From assembly GCA_003279705.1 (NCBI GenBank), contig QCGZ01000001.1:138524-202523 (forward strand): DNA of 64,000 nt, in the 5' to 3' direction. Of the stretch, positions 55,734 through 64,000 are shown piece by piece. Position numbers and translations under genes: made by a program. The notes under the pieces are model-generated. The model had not been told where the DNA came from. It saw only the letters and a list, made by a program, of their open reading frames with translations, and did no database searches. Positions within the stretch are counted from its first letter, which is position 1; each line of letters opens with the position of its first letter. This stretch comes from OCS116 cluster bacterium AG-390-I16. GTDB lineage: Bacteria > Pseudomonadota > Alphaproteobacteria > MED-G09.

Positions 55734-57251
55734 TTAATCCATTCTTTCAGGTAGGTATTGATCTCTTGCAAGATCAGAAAATCTTGTAAATTCTTCAGTA
55801 AATTGCATGTCAACATTTTTAACAGCCCCGTGTCTATGTTTTTCAATTAAAACAGATGCTTTACCATGCGCAGCCTCCATTTTATTTTGCCAATCAATAT
55901 GCTGTTCAGTTCCTGCGTCTGGTTCTTCCCTTCTTAAGTAGTATTCTTCTCTATAAACAAACATAACTATATCTGCATCTTGTTCGATAGCTCCAGAGTC
56001 TCTTAAATCAGCAAGTTGTGGTTTTTTATTATCCCGATTTTCAACATTTCTTGATAGTTGGGATAGGGCAATTACAGGAACGTTTAATTCTTTGGCTAGT
56101 GCTTTTAATCCTTGAGTAATCTGAGATATTTCTTGAACTATATTGCCTCTGTATTTATCTGAACCTGTTGTGGCTAATTGCAGATAGTCTACAACAATAA
56201 GAGATAATTCTTGATTTTTTTGTTTTAAAGTTCTCGACAAGCGTCGAGCTCTTGATGATAAAATTCCTATAGGAATAGCTCCTGTTTCATCAATATAAAG
56301 AGGTATATTTTTTAGTTCATTTGCAACATTTATATAATTGCTAATTTCTCTCTCATCAATTTTTCCTTTTCTTACGTTACTGGAAGACACTCCAGACTGA
56401 TCAGATATTATTCTAGTACTAAGCTGTTCAGCAGACATTTCTAAGGAAAAGAATGCGACAGCACCAGGATTTTTTTCTTCATCATCTGATTGGTTTAAGT
56501 TATTTTCATTAATTTGATCACCAAAGGATTTAGCAATATTAAATGCTATATTTGATGCTAAAGCTGTTTTTCCCATTGATGGTCTACCCGCTAAAATTAT
56601 TAAATCTGACTTTTGTAATCCACCTAGTGCTTTATCAAGATCTACAAAGCCGGTTGCCAAACCTGCTAATCCATCATCAGAAGAATAAGCAGCTTCAGCT
56701 GCTAAAAGAGATTCAGCAATTGAGTCTTCAAAAGAGTAGAAGCTTTTTCCTGTTTCACCTTTTTGATCTATTTCATACAATTTTATTTCAGTATTTTCTA
56801 TTATTTCTGAAACATTTTTATCTTCGTTTAATGCGTACGATGAATGTTCCAAAAACTCAGCAGTATCAATTAATTGTCTTCTGAGTGAAAGTTCGTAAAT
56901 TTCATCTGCCACTTCTTTTATAACGAGACTATGGGCGGCATTTGCAACAAGATTTACAAAGTAACTATCAGAGTCAAAATTCTCATTGGACTCAAATAAC
57001 GTTTTTAAAAATAATATGGTTACAGATTTACCATTATTATTCATTTGTATAATTTTTTCATAAATTTCTTCATGGAATGTTTCAAAAAAATGAATTCCTT
57101 TAAGACCATTTTGAGAAACTCGATCAATTAATTCATTATTTTTTATTAAAGCGCCTAATAATTGTTGCTCTGCCTCTAAATTATGGGGTAATTCAATATT
57201 ATTAAGAGTTTTTTGGTCTTGATTTAAAGGTATGGGAGATGATTGTTTCAT
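55734..57251 (-). CDS. dnaB: replicative DNA helicase DnaB
   Basis: N-terminal PHNLEAEQQLLGA, Walker A GRPSMGKTALA, SLEMS, VVDYLQL and QLSR blocks. Confidence 0.95.
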   Translation of the reverse strand: MKQSSPIPLNQDQKTLNNIELPHNLEAEQQLLGALIKNNELIDRVSQNGLKGIHFFETFHEEIYEKIIQMNNNGKSVTILFLKTLFESNENFDSDSYFVNLVANAAHSLVIKEVADEIYELSLRRQLIDTAEFLEHSSYALNEDKNVSEIIENTEIKLYEIDQKGETGKSFYSFEDSIAESLLAAEAAYSSDDGLAGLATGFVDLDKALGGLQKSDLIILAGRPSMGKTALASNIAFNIAKSFGDQINENNLNQSDDEEKNPGAVAFFSLEMSAEQLSTRIISDQSGVSSSNVRKGKIDEREISNYINVANELKNIPLYIDETGAIPIGILSSRARRLSRTLKQKNQELSLIVVDYLQLATTGSDKYRGNIVQEISQITQGLKALAKELNVPVIALSQLSRNVENRDNKKPQLADLRDSGAIEQDADIVMFVYREEYYLRREEPDAGTEQHIDWQNKMEAAHGKASVLIEKHRHGAVKNVDMQFTEEFTRFSDLARDQYLPERMD

Positions 57252-57296
57252 AAAAACAATCTATAACTATAAATATAATAAAAAAAGAAAATTATC

Positions 57297-57315
57297 TGTG
57301 GATAACTGTGGATAT
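57297..57315. promoter_or_regulatory. two tandem DnaA-box-like sites upstream of dnaB
   Basis: TGTGGATAA (57297-57305, a perfect complement of TTATCCACA) and TGTGGATAT (57307-57315, one mismatch). They are direct repeats 10 bp apart in the 77-bp rplI-dnaB spacer. Confidence 0.5.
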
Positions 57316-57328
57316 TGGGGTTAACTTT

Positions 57329-58009
57329 TTAAGTATCTGATTTATCTTTAACTTCTTCTTCAGATAAATTTTCATTTGTTTTTGAGTTAGTCACTTCTTC
57401 TTCAGAAGTTTCTTCATCATTTACATCTTCATTTAAACTTACTTCTTCCTCAGTTACAGATTCTGGAACTGCACCTTCTTCAAAAATTTCTTCTAGGTTA
57501 ACTTTGTCTTCTTTTACAGCTTCAGTATTGGTTACTTCGCCCTTAATTAACGACTCAGCTTCTTCTTGACTTCTCGATATATAGATTGAAATATTTGATG
57601 TTACCTCTGGATGAAGTTTGACCCTTATTTCATGATGACCTATTTCCTTAATTGGTCTATCAAGTACAACTTGATTTTTTTCAATTGAAAAACCTTCCTC
57701 TTGAAGCTTGTCTTTAATATCTCCAGAGTTAACTGATCCATATAGTTGACCAGTATCACTAGCCTGACGAATTATAATATAATTATTTACGGTAATTTTT
57801 TCAGATACAGCCTCAGCTTCAGTTTTTAATTTTAAATTCTTAGCTTCTAGGTTAATTTTTTCTTTTTCAAAAAACTCTAAATTTTCTTTATTGGCTCTTA
57901 AGGCTTTATTTTTAGGCAGTAGAAAGTTTCTTGCGAAGCCGTCTTTTACAACAACTACATCACCCATTTGGCCAAGACGTTCAATTCTTTCTAATAAAAT
58001 TACTTCCAT
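57329..58009 (-). CDS. rplI: 50S ribosomal protein L9 with long acidic C-terminal extension
   Basis: MEVILLERIERLGQMGDVVVVKDGFARNFLLPKNKA N-domain; the C-terminal ~75 aa are E/D/S/T-rich. Confidence 0.9.
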   Translation of the reverse strand: MEVILLERIERLGQMGDVVVVKDGFARNFLLPKNKALRANKENLEFFEKEKINLEAKNLKLKTEAEAVSEKITVNNYIIIRQASDTGQLYGSVNSGDIKDKLQEEGFSIEKNQVVLDRPIKEIGHHEIRVKLHPEVTSNISIYISRSQEEAESLIKGEVTNTEAVKEDKVNLEEIFEEGAVPESVTEEEVSLNEDVNDEETSEEEVTNSKTNENLSEEEVKDKSDT

Positions 58010-58014
58010 TTTGC

Positions 58015-58275
58015 TTAATCCATTTGATATGGTATTAGAGCAATGTATCTTGATCTTTTAATAGCTCTTGCCAATTCCCTCTGTTTTTTTGCTGAAACCG
58101 CAGTAATTCTGCTTGGGATCATCTTTCCTCTCTCAGAAAGATATTTTTTTAATAATTTTGTATCTTTATAATCGATTTTAGGAGATTTATCTCCTGAAAA
58201 AGGACAAGTTTTCTTTCTGCGAAGAAAAGGTCTTTTTGTAGGTATTTGAGTAATATTTGGAATTGAATTATTCAT
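58015..58275 (-). CDS. rpsR: 30S ribosomal protein S18
   Basis: [56 protein letters not shown] is canonical S18. Confidence 0.95.
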   Translation of the reverse strand: MNNSIPNITQIPTKRPFLRRKKTCPFSGDKSPKIDYKDTKLLKKYLSERGKMIPSRITAVSAKKQRELARAIKRSRYIALIPYQMD

Positions 58276-58277
58276 AA

Positions 58278-58640
58278 TTAAGCGCCTTTAGAAGAACTAT
58301 ATGAGCCTTCTTTTTTCAATGAGGCTTTCATAATTGGGGATGACTCTTCGCTTAGGTCATCAGTTTTAATGGTTAAATAACGAAGAACATCTTCATTAAG
58401 TTTTTGAATTCGTTCCAATTCATGTATTGCAGAGCTTGGGCTATCAATTCTAATTAAGGAGTAATGGCCTCTTTCACTCTTTTTAATTTTGTATGCAAGG
58501 TCTCTCAAACCCCAATATTCTGTATAAACTGACTTACCACCGTTATCTTTGATAACTGTCTTAATTTCTTCAACAAGATTTTCTACTTGTTGAGGAGCTA
58601 TTTCGGGTCTAGTTATAAACACATGCTCGTAATAAGGCAT
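58278..58640 (-). CDS. rpsF: 30S ribosomal protein S6
   Basis: [14 protein letters not shown]...[15 protein letters not shown] is canonical S6, directly upstream of rpsR. Confidence 0.95.
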   Translation of the reverse strand: MPYYEHVFITRPEIAPQQVENLVEEIKTVIKDNGGKSVYTEYWGLRDLAYKIKKSERGHYSLIRIDSPSSAIHELERIQKLNEDVLRYLTIKTDDLSEESSPIMKASLKKEGSYSSSKGA

Positions 58641-58764
58641 ATTATTCCTTCATAAAATATTTAAATTAAAAACTTAGGAGTTCTTTAATGTATTAAGCTA
58701 AAATTTGCAAGCTTGTAATATATTGATTATTTATTTTTAATATATAAAAAAAGGAGGTTTCAAA

Positions 58765-59697
58765 ATGAAAGCATTTGTTTTTCCAGGTCAAGGTAGTCAA
58801 TATGTTGGTATGGGCTTGGATTTGTCAGAATCGTTTCCTGAAGCAAAACATGTTTTTGAAGAAATCGATGATACTTTAGAACAAAATTTATCTAAAATTA
58901 TGTTTGAAGGTCCTGAGGAAGAATTAATTTTAACTGAGAACACTCAACCTGCTCTAATGGCTGTAAGCATTGCTATTGTAAAAATTTTAAAAAAGCGTGG
59001 TTTCGAAATATCTGGTGTTTTAGCTGGGCATTCTCTAGGTGAATATACAGCTTTAACAGCCTCAAACAGTTTTTCAATAAAAGACGCTGCATTAACTTTA
59101 AAGATAAGGGGGAAAGCTATGCAAAGCTCTGTTGGTAAAAATAAAGGCTCAATGGCAGCAATTCTTGGTTTAAATATTGATCAAATAGAAGAAATAATAA
59201 CTAAAAACAAATTACAAGATGACGTTTTTATTGCAAATGATAATGCTGATGGCCAAGTTGTTTTATCCGGCCTAAAAGAAGGTATTGAAAGTTCACTTGA
59301 AATTTTTAAAGAAAACGGTGCAAGAAAAGCTATGAAACTTGCAGTGAGCGCACCATTCCATTGCCCTTTAATGAGACCTGCACAAGAAATTATGGAAAAA
59401 TCATTATCTTCTATTAAACTGAATACGCCTAATGTACCCGTAATATCAAATGTTACGGTTAATTTTTCTAATGATGAAGATCAAATAAAAAATAATCTGG
59501 TGAATCAGGTAACCGAAATGGTAAGATGGAGAGAAACAATGATTAAATTTATTGATTTGGGTGTTAGAGAGTTTTACGAAATTGGTAGTGGTTCTGTATT
59601 ATCCAACCTAGCTAAAAGAAGTTGCCCATCTTTTAAAAGAAAGTCAGCTGGGAATAAAGAATCATTAGAAAGTCTTCTTCTAGAATTAGATAGTTAA
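58765..59697 (+). CDS. fabD: malonyl CoA-acyl carrier protein transacylase
   Basis: FVFPGQGSQYVGMG and the active-site GHSLGEY; RBS AAGGAGG. Confidence 0.95.
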   Translation: MKAFVFPGQGSQYVGMGLDLSESFPEAKHVFEEIDDTLEQNLSKIMFEGPEEELILTENTQPALMAVSIAIVKILKKRGFEISGVLAGHSLGEYTALTASNSFSIKDAALTLKIRGKAMQSSVGKNKGSMAAILGLNIDQIEEIITKNKLQDDVFIANDNADGQVVLSGLKEGIESSLEIFKENGARKAMKLAVSAPFHCPLMRPAQEIMEKSLSSIKLNTPNVPVISNVTVNFSNDEDQIKNNLVNQVTEMVRWRETMIKFIDLGVREFYEIGSGSVLSNLAKRSCPSFKRKSAGNKESLESLLLELDS

Positions 59698-59706
59698 GGA
59701 TTATAA

Positions 59707-60444
59707 ATGATAGATTTAAAGGGAAAAAAAGTTTTGGTTACAGGTGCAAGTGGTGGAATTGGAAAAGCCATTGCCATGCAACTATCATCAAGTGGAGCAG
59801 ACCTATGCTTAACAGGAAGGAATAAATCAGAACTTGAGAATTTGCAAAAAATTATCGGCGGAAATTGTCAGATAATTATATCCGACCTTTCAAATTCTGA
59901 AGGAATTAACAATCTAGCAGATCAAGCCCAAAAAATTATGGGTCAAATTGATATTTTGGTTAATAATGCTGGAATTACCAAAGATAATTTATTTATGAGA
60001 ATGTCGGAAGATGATTGGAATGAGGTTATAAATATAAATTTAAATTCAATTTTTAAGCTTACAAAGCAATTGATCAAAGGAATGATCAAAAGAAGGTATG
60101 GTAGAATTATAAATATAACTTCAGTGATAGGAGTTGCAGGGGGAGCAGGTCAATCAAATTATTCTGCATCAAAAGCTGGAATAATTGCAATGTCCAAATC
60201 ACTTGCTCAAGAGGTTGGCTCACGATCAGTTACAGTTAATAGTATAGCTCCTGGATTTATTGAAACAAATATGACTGCAGAATTAAGTGATGACAGAAAA
60301 GAGGATATTTTAAGATCAATTAGTATAGGTAGGTTAGGTAGACCAGATGATATCGCTGGAGCTGTTTGTTTTTTAGCTTCAGACAAAGCTAGTTATATTA
60401 CTGGTCAAACAATTCATATTAATGGCGGAATGTTGATGATTTAA
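59707..60444 (+). CDS. fabG: 3-oxoacyl-[ACP] reductase
   Basis: VTGASGGIGKAIA, NNAGIT, YSASKAG and ITGQTIHINGGM; position between fabD and acpP. Confidence 0.95.
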   Translation: MIDLKGKKVLVTGASGGIGKAIAMQLSSSGADLCLTGRNKSELENLQKIIGGNCQIIISDLSNSEGINNLADQAQKIMGQIDILVNNAGITKDNLFMRMSEDDWNEVININLNSIFKLTKQLIKGMIKRRYGRIINITSVIGVAGGAGQSNYSASKAGIIAMSKSLAQEVGSRSVTVNSIAPGFIETNMTAELSDDRKEDILRSISIGRLGRPDDIAGAVCFLASDKASYITGQTIHINGGMLMI

Positions 60445-60559
60445 TTATTGGCTCATTTAACAGATTATTGTATAACTTGTTCCAATATGCTAAGTCGCAT
60501 TGTATTGATTCAAAATTAATAAATTAAATTAAGTTATAAATAAAAAAAGGGAATATAAA

Positions 60560-60796
60560 ATGAGTGATACACTAGAAAAAGTTCAAGCAATTGTAGTTGA
60601 GCATTTAGGGGTGGAAGCTGATAAAGTTACCGCTTCAGCAAGCTTTATAGAAGATCTTGGTGCTGATAGTTTAGATACAGTTGAGCTTGTAATGGCTTTT
60701 GAGGAAGAATTTGGTATTGAAATACCTGATGACGCAGCTGAGACTATACTTTCAGTTGGAGATGCTATTAACTTTATAGACTCTGCCAAAAGTTGA
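60560..60796 (+). CDS. acpP: acyl carrier protein
   Basis: 78 aa with the phosphopantetheine site [19 protein letters not shown]. Confidence 0.97.
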   Translation: MSDTLEKVQAIVVEHLGVEADKVTASASFIEDLGADSLDTVELVMAFEEEFGIEIPDDAAETILSVGDAINFIDSAKS

Positions 60797-60818
60797 ATTT
60801 AAAAATTGGTACAATTAA

Positions 60819-62093
60819 TTGCGTAAAGTAGTAATTACTGGATTAGGTGTTGTAACTCCTCTTGGTGGAGATTTAAACTCTAGCTGGAAAAATTTAATTT
60901 CTGGAAAATCTGGTGCTTCAACTATTACAAAATTTGATCCTGCTGGCTATCCATGTACAATCGCTTGCGAGGTTCCATTAGGAGATGGATTAAATGCTAA
61001 TGATGGATCTTTTAATGCGGAAGATTGGATCTCTCCAAAAGATCAAAAGAAAGTTGATACATTTATATTATATGGTATTGCCGCTGCTGAAATGGCCCTT
61101 AAAGATAGTGGTTGGAAACCTCAAACTGAAGAAGATAGTTTTCGAGCAGGTGTAGGAGTTGGTTCTGGAATAGGTGGATTAGCAAGTATAGAAAAAACAG
61201 CTCTCCTACTTAATGAAAAAGGACCTAGAAGAGTTAGTCCCTTTTTTATTCCTGGTGCTTTGATTAATTTAGCTGCTGGTCAAATTTCAATTAAAAATAA
61301 TTTAAAAGGCCCTAACTTGGCTGCAGTTACTGCTTGCGCTTCAGGTTCTCATTCAATAGGAGAGGGAGCACAAATGATAAAAAATGATAAAGCGGATGTT
61401 ATGTTAGTTGGTGGCGCTGAAGCAGCAATATGTCCAATTGGCATGGCTGGATTTTCAGCCAGTAGAGCATTAAGTACCAATTTTAATGAGGCTCCAGAAA
61501 AAGCATCTAGACCATACGATAAAGACAGGGATGGTTTTGTTATGGGTGAGGGTGCTGGTTTTTTAGTTTTAGAGGAGCTAGATCATGCTCTTTCAAGAAA
61601 TGCAAGAATATATGGTGAATTAAAAGGGTATGGTGTATCTGGTGATGCTTTCCATATAACTTCTCCATCAGAAGATGGTGATGGTGCATATAGATCAATT
61701 TTAATGGCAATTGATGATGCAGGTATAAGTAAAGAAGAAATTAATTATGTTAACGCTCATGGAACTTCTACCCCTCTAGGAGATGAGATTGAGCTAAGAG
61801 CTGTAGAAAGAGCCTTTGATGGGGCTATAAAGGGTTTATCAATGTCTTCAACAAAATCATCTACAGGTCATTTATTAGGAGCTGCTGGAGCAATTGAAGC
61901 TGTTTTTAGCGTTATGGCGCTAAATGAAAATATTATTCCTCCTACAATAAATTTAGACAATCCATCTGTAGAAACTAAAATTGATTTGGTCCCACATAAT
62001 GCAAAAGAAAAAGAAATAAGATCGGTATTATCAAATTCTTTTGGATTTGGAGGAACTAATGCTTCCCTAATCTTTTCTCATCATTATAATTAA
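60819..62093 (+). CDS. fabF: 3-oxoacyl-[ACP] synthase II
   Basis: RKVVITGLG start, active-site Cys (TACASGSHSIG), NAHGTSTP and TGHLLGAAG His motifs; TTG start. Confidence 0.95.
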   Translation: MRKVVITGLGVVTPLGGDLNSSWKNLISGKSGASTITKFDPAGYPCTIACEVPLGDGLNANDGSFNAEDWISPKDQKKVDTFILYGIAAAEMALKDSGWKPQTEEDSFRAGVGVGSGIGGLASIEKTALLLNEKGPRRVSPFFIPGALINLAAGQISIKNNLKGPNLAAVTACASGSHSIGEGAQMIKNDKADVMLVGGAEAAICPIGMAGFSASRALSTNFNEAPEKASRPYDKDRDGFVMGEGAGFLVLEELDHALSRNARIYGELKGYGVSGDAFHITSPSEDGDGAYRSILMAIDDAGISKEEINYVNAHGTSTPLGDEIELRAVERAFDGAIKGLSMSSTKSSTGHLLGAAGAIEAVFSVMALNENIIPPTINLDNPSVETKIDLVPHNAKEKEIRSVLSNSFGFGGTNASLIFSHHYN

Positions 62094-62097
62094 ATGA

Positions 62098-62742
62098 ATG
62101 GAAGGTAATCAAAATACAGATAGAAGAGGAATGATGATTGTTTTATCTTCACCCTCAGGAGCAGGAAAAACTTCTTTATCCAGAGAGTTATTAAAAGAAA
62201 ATAAAAATTTATTCTTATCAATATCTCATACAACTAGACCTCCAAGGTCATTAGAAATTAATGAGAATGATTATTTTTTTGTTAGTGACGAAAAATTCAT
62301 TGAAATGCTTAATCAAGGTGAATTTTTAGAACATGCAAAAGTTTTTGATTATTATTATGGAACCCCTAAGCAACCTGTAATGAATGCACTTAAAGATGGA
62401 AAGGATATTCTCTTTGATATTGATTGGCAAGGAACTCAGCAGTTAATGAATTCTGTACAAGACGACTTAGTTAAAATTTTTGTTTTACCTCCCTCGGCAA
62501 AAGAGTTAGAGAAAAGATTATTAAAAAGAAATCAAGACACCGAAGATACAGTAAAAAAAAGAATGTCTAAGGCTTCCGATGAAATTAGTCACTATGCAGA
62601 ATATGATTATATAATTATTAATGAAAATTTTGATGAAAGTTTAAAAAGAATTAATTCTATCCTTATAGCTGAGGGATTAAAAAGAACGAGACAAAAAAAA
62701 ATCCAGGATACGATTAAATCACTAAGAGATAGTTTACTTTGA
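62098..62742 (+). CDS. gmk: guanylate kinase
   Basis: P-loop SSPSGAGKTSL, TTRPPR and DIDWQG blocks. Confidence 0.9.
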   Translation: MEGNQNTDRRGMMIVLSSPSGAGKTSLSRELLKENKNLFLSISHTTRPPRSLEINENDYFFVSDEKFIEMLNQGEFLEHAKVFDYYYGTPKQPVMNALKDGKDILFDIDWQGTQQLMNSVQDDLVKIFVLPPSAKELEKRLLKRNQDTEDTVKKRMSKASDEISHYAEYDYIIINENFDESLKRINSILIAEGLKRTRQKKIQDTIKSLRDSLL

Positions 62743-63567
62743 TAGTTTTTCATATCCAACTGTTAAATTGCTAAAATCATCTATACTTAAATTTTGAGCT
62801 CTTAATCCTAGATCAATTTCACATAAATCAGCTAGTTTATTTATATCAACATCTAAATTTGATAAACTTTTTTTAAGTGTTTTTCTTCTAAAGCCAAAGG
62901 CATGAGAGACTATTTTTTGAAAGTTTTTTACCGATGGAGTTTTTATATTATTTTTCGGCTCTATTGAAATGACGGATGATAAAACTTTAGGGGGCGGAAT
63001 GAAGCATGTTGGCTTAATTTCACATATCTTATCGATTTTACATCTCCATTGAGTTAAAATACTTAATCTTCCATATTGTTTGGTATTTACTTTTGCCATC
63101 ATTCTATCTGCAACTTCTTTCTGAACAGTAAGTGTTAATTTTTCCCATTTAACTGGCTGTTTTTTTTCTATTAAAGAAATTATAAAAGGTACAGATATAT
63201 TGTAAGGTAAGTTTGAAACGATAGAATATTTTTCATTGATAATTTTATCCAAATCAACTTTAAGAATATCATTTATTATAAAATCAAATTTTTTTTTATG
63301 ATTTTCTTTAAGTTTTTCTAAAATAGGAAGAAATGTTTTATCAGTTTCAATTACCAAAACTTTTTTAATATTTTTCTTTAAAATAGCGTTTGTTAATAAG
63401 CCTGGGCCAGGACCTACCTCAACTATATAATTGTTGTCGCATGACGAAGATTTTACTATTTGATTTATTATATTTTTATCATGTAGAAAATTTTGACCAA
63501 ATTTTTTTTTAGCTTTTAAGTCATATTTTTTAAGAATATTTTTAAGAGTATCATTATTGCTATTCAT
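62734..63567 (-). CDS. rsmA: 16S rRNA (adenine1518-N6/adenine1519-N6)-dimethyltransferase RsmA/KsgA
   Basis: KKKFGQNFLHD start, SAM motif VVEVGPGPGLLT and NLPYNIS block; follows pdxA as in E. coli. Confidence 0.9.
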   Translation of the reverse strand: MNSNNDTLKNILKKYDLKAKKKFGQNFLHDKNIINQIVKSSSCDNNYIVEVGPGPGLLTNAILKKNIKKVLVIETDKTFLPILEKLKENHKKKFDFIINDILKVDLDKIINEKYSIVSNLPYNISVPFIISLIEKKQPVKWEKLTLTVQKEVADRMMAKVNTKQYGRLSILTQWRCKIDKICEIKPTCFIPPPKVLSSVISIEPKNNIKTPSVKNFQKIVSHAFGFRRKTLKKSLSNLDVDINKLADLCEIDLGLRAQNLSIDDFSNLTVGYEKLSK

Positions 63568-64000
63568 TTATTTTTCTATTTTTTGAAATTAGGAAAGCCT
63601 GCCTTATTGCATAGATAAAGCTCTTTGGATTCGCTTTATTTTTTCCAGCTAAATTAAAAGCTGTTCCATGATCCGGTGAAGTTCTTACAAAAGATAAACC
63701 AGCAGTAAAATTAATTCCTCCATAAAAATCTATTGTTTTCAAAGGTATTAAGGCTTGATCGTGGTACATACAAATTCTTGCATCGAATTTTTTTAAATTC
63801 TTTTTATAAAAAAGTGTATCAGCAGGTAAAGGACCTTCAATTTTCATACCCAATTCCTTTAAATTATTTATACAAGGTAAAATTATTTTTACTTCTTCCT
63901 TTCCAATACTGCCTTCTTCTCCAGAATGTGGGTTAAGAGATGAAACAGCTATTTTTGGATTTTTAATATGAAAATCCCTTCTTAGACTTTCATGAAGAAT
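63560..64000 (-). CDS. pdxA: 4-hydroxythreonine-4-phosphate dehydrogenase PdxA, C-terminal part (5' end beyond the window)
   Basis: The minus-strand frame is open to base 64000: ..KIAVSSLNPHSGEEGSIGKEE...GPLPADTLF...MYHDQALIPLK..VRTSPDHGTAF..AG is the canonical PdxA C-terminal half. Confidence 0.85.
   Translation of the reverse strand: MLHESLRRDFHIKNPKIAVSSLNPHSGEEGSIGKEEVKIILPCINNLKELGMKIEGPLPADTLFYKKNLKKFDARICMYHDQALIPLKTIDFYGGINFTAGLSFVRTSPDHGTAFNLAGKNKANPKSFIYAIRQAFLISKNRKINE

Noticed and set aside
58708-58715. CAAGCTTG palindrome within TTGCAAGCTTGTAA in the rpsF/fabD divergent spacer, considered as a FabR/FadR-type operator
   Set aside because: There are only 8 perfect bp and no similar site upstream of acpP or fabF, so the support is insufficient.
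60583-60789. 68-aa ORF antisense to almost the whole acpP gene
   Set aside because: This is a shadow ORF. acpP is unmistakable on the plus strand, and the antisense product is low-complexity (Ala/Ser/Ile-rich) with no start context.
1-64000. Search by eye for tRNA/rRNA genes, CRISPR repeats, transposases, integrases, toxin-antitoxin pairs, restriction-modification systems or other defence genes
   Set aside because: No intergenic gap exceeds about 270 bp. No repeat arrays or mobile-element or defence-type proteins were recognised, so none are reported.

Overview
This is a very AT-rich, extremely gene-dense bacterial chromosome segment with about 75 genes and almost no intergenic DNA. Several convergent gene pairs abut or overlap at their 3' ends.

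Gene content and synteny point to a streamlined marine alphaproteobacterium, Pelagibacterales-like. This is inference only. The supporting arrangements are rpsF-rpsR-rplI-dnaB without priB, fabD-fabG-acpP-fabF-gmk, cvpA-purF-SDR, yfgM-like-bamB-der, pdxA-rsmA, DjlA, and a DUF2093-like gene beside xseA.

Layout:
- Left ~36 kb: a paralogue-rich island of small redox and detoxification enzymes. It holds many SDRs, two alpha-only Rieske oxygenases, two PTGR-type MDR reductases, a BVMO, NMO, VOC, SnoaL, EthD, ABM, GST, MAPEG, DCC, FAH, CitE-like, SelO, beta-carbonic anhydrase and hemH. It also carries several unknown membrane proteins. I see no recognisable transcription factor.
- Middle: hsp20 with a sigma32-like promoter, a FadE-type acyl-CoA dehydrogenase/crotonase cluster, djlA, rpiA, purD and xseA.
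- Right ~17 kb: housekeeping genes (bamB, der, purF, cvpA, mlaEF, dnaB, the S6/S18/L9 ribosomal proteins, the fab operon, gmk, rsmA, pdxA).

I recognised no rRNA, tRNA, CRISPR, transposase, integrase or phage genes.

I found no convincing defence- or toxin-type novel system. The best candidates for undescribed biology are:
- an unknown 368-aa protein translationally coupled to an ACAD10/11-type kinase, inside a co-directional block of lipid-oxidation-type enzymes;
- a His/Met-rich outer-membrane protein next to a clade-D-like beta-CA;
- purF split by a frameshift in a G8 run;
- tandem DnaA boxes upstream of dnaB;
- a T7-promoter-like motif upstream of djlA.

All family assignments rest on motif recognition by eye. 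No searches were run.
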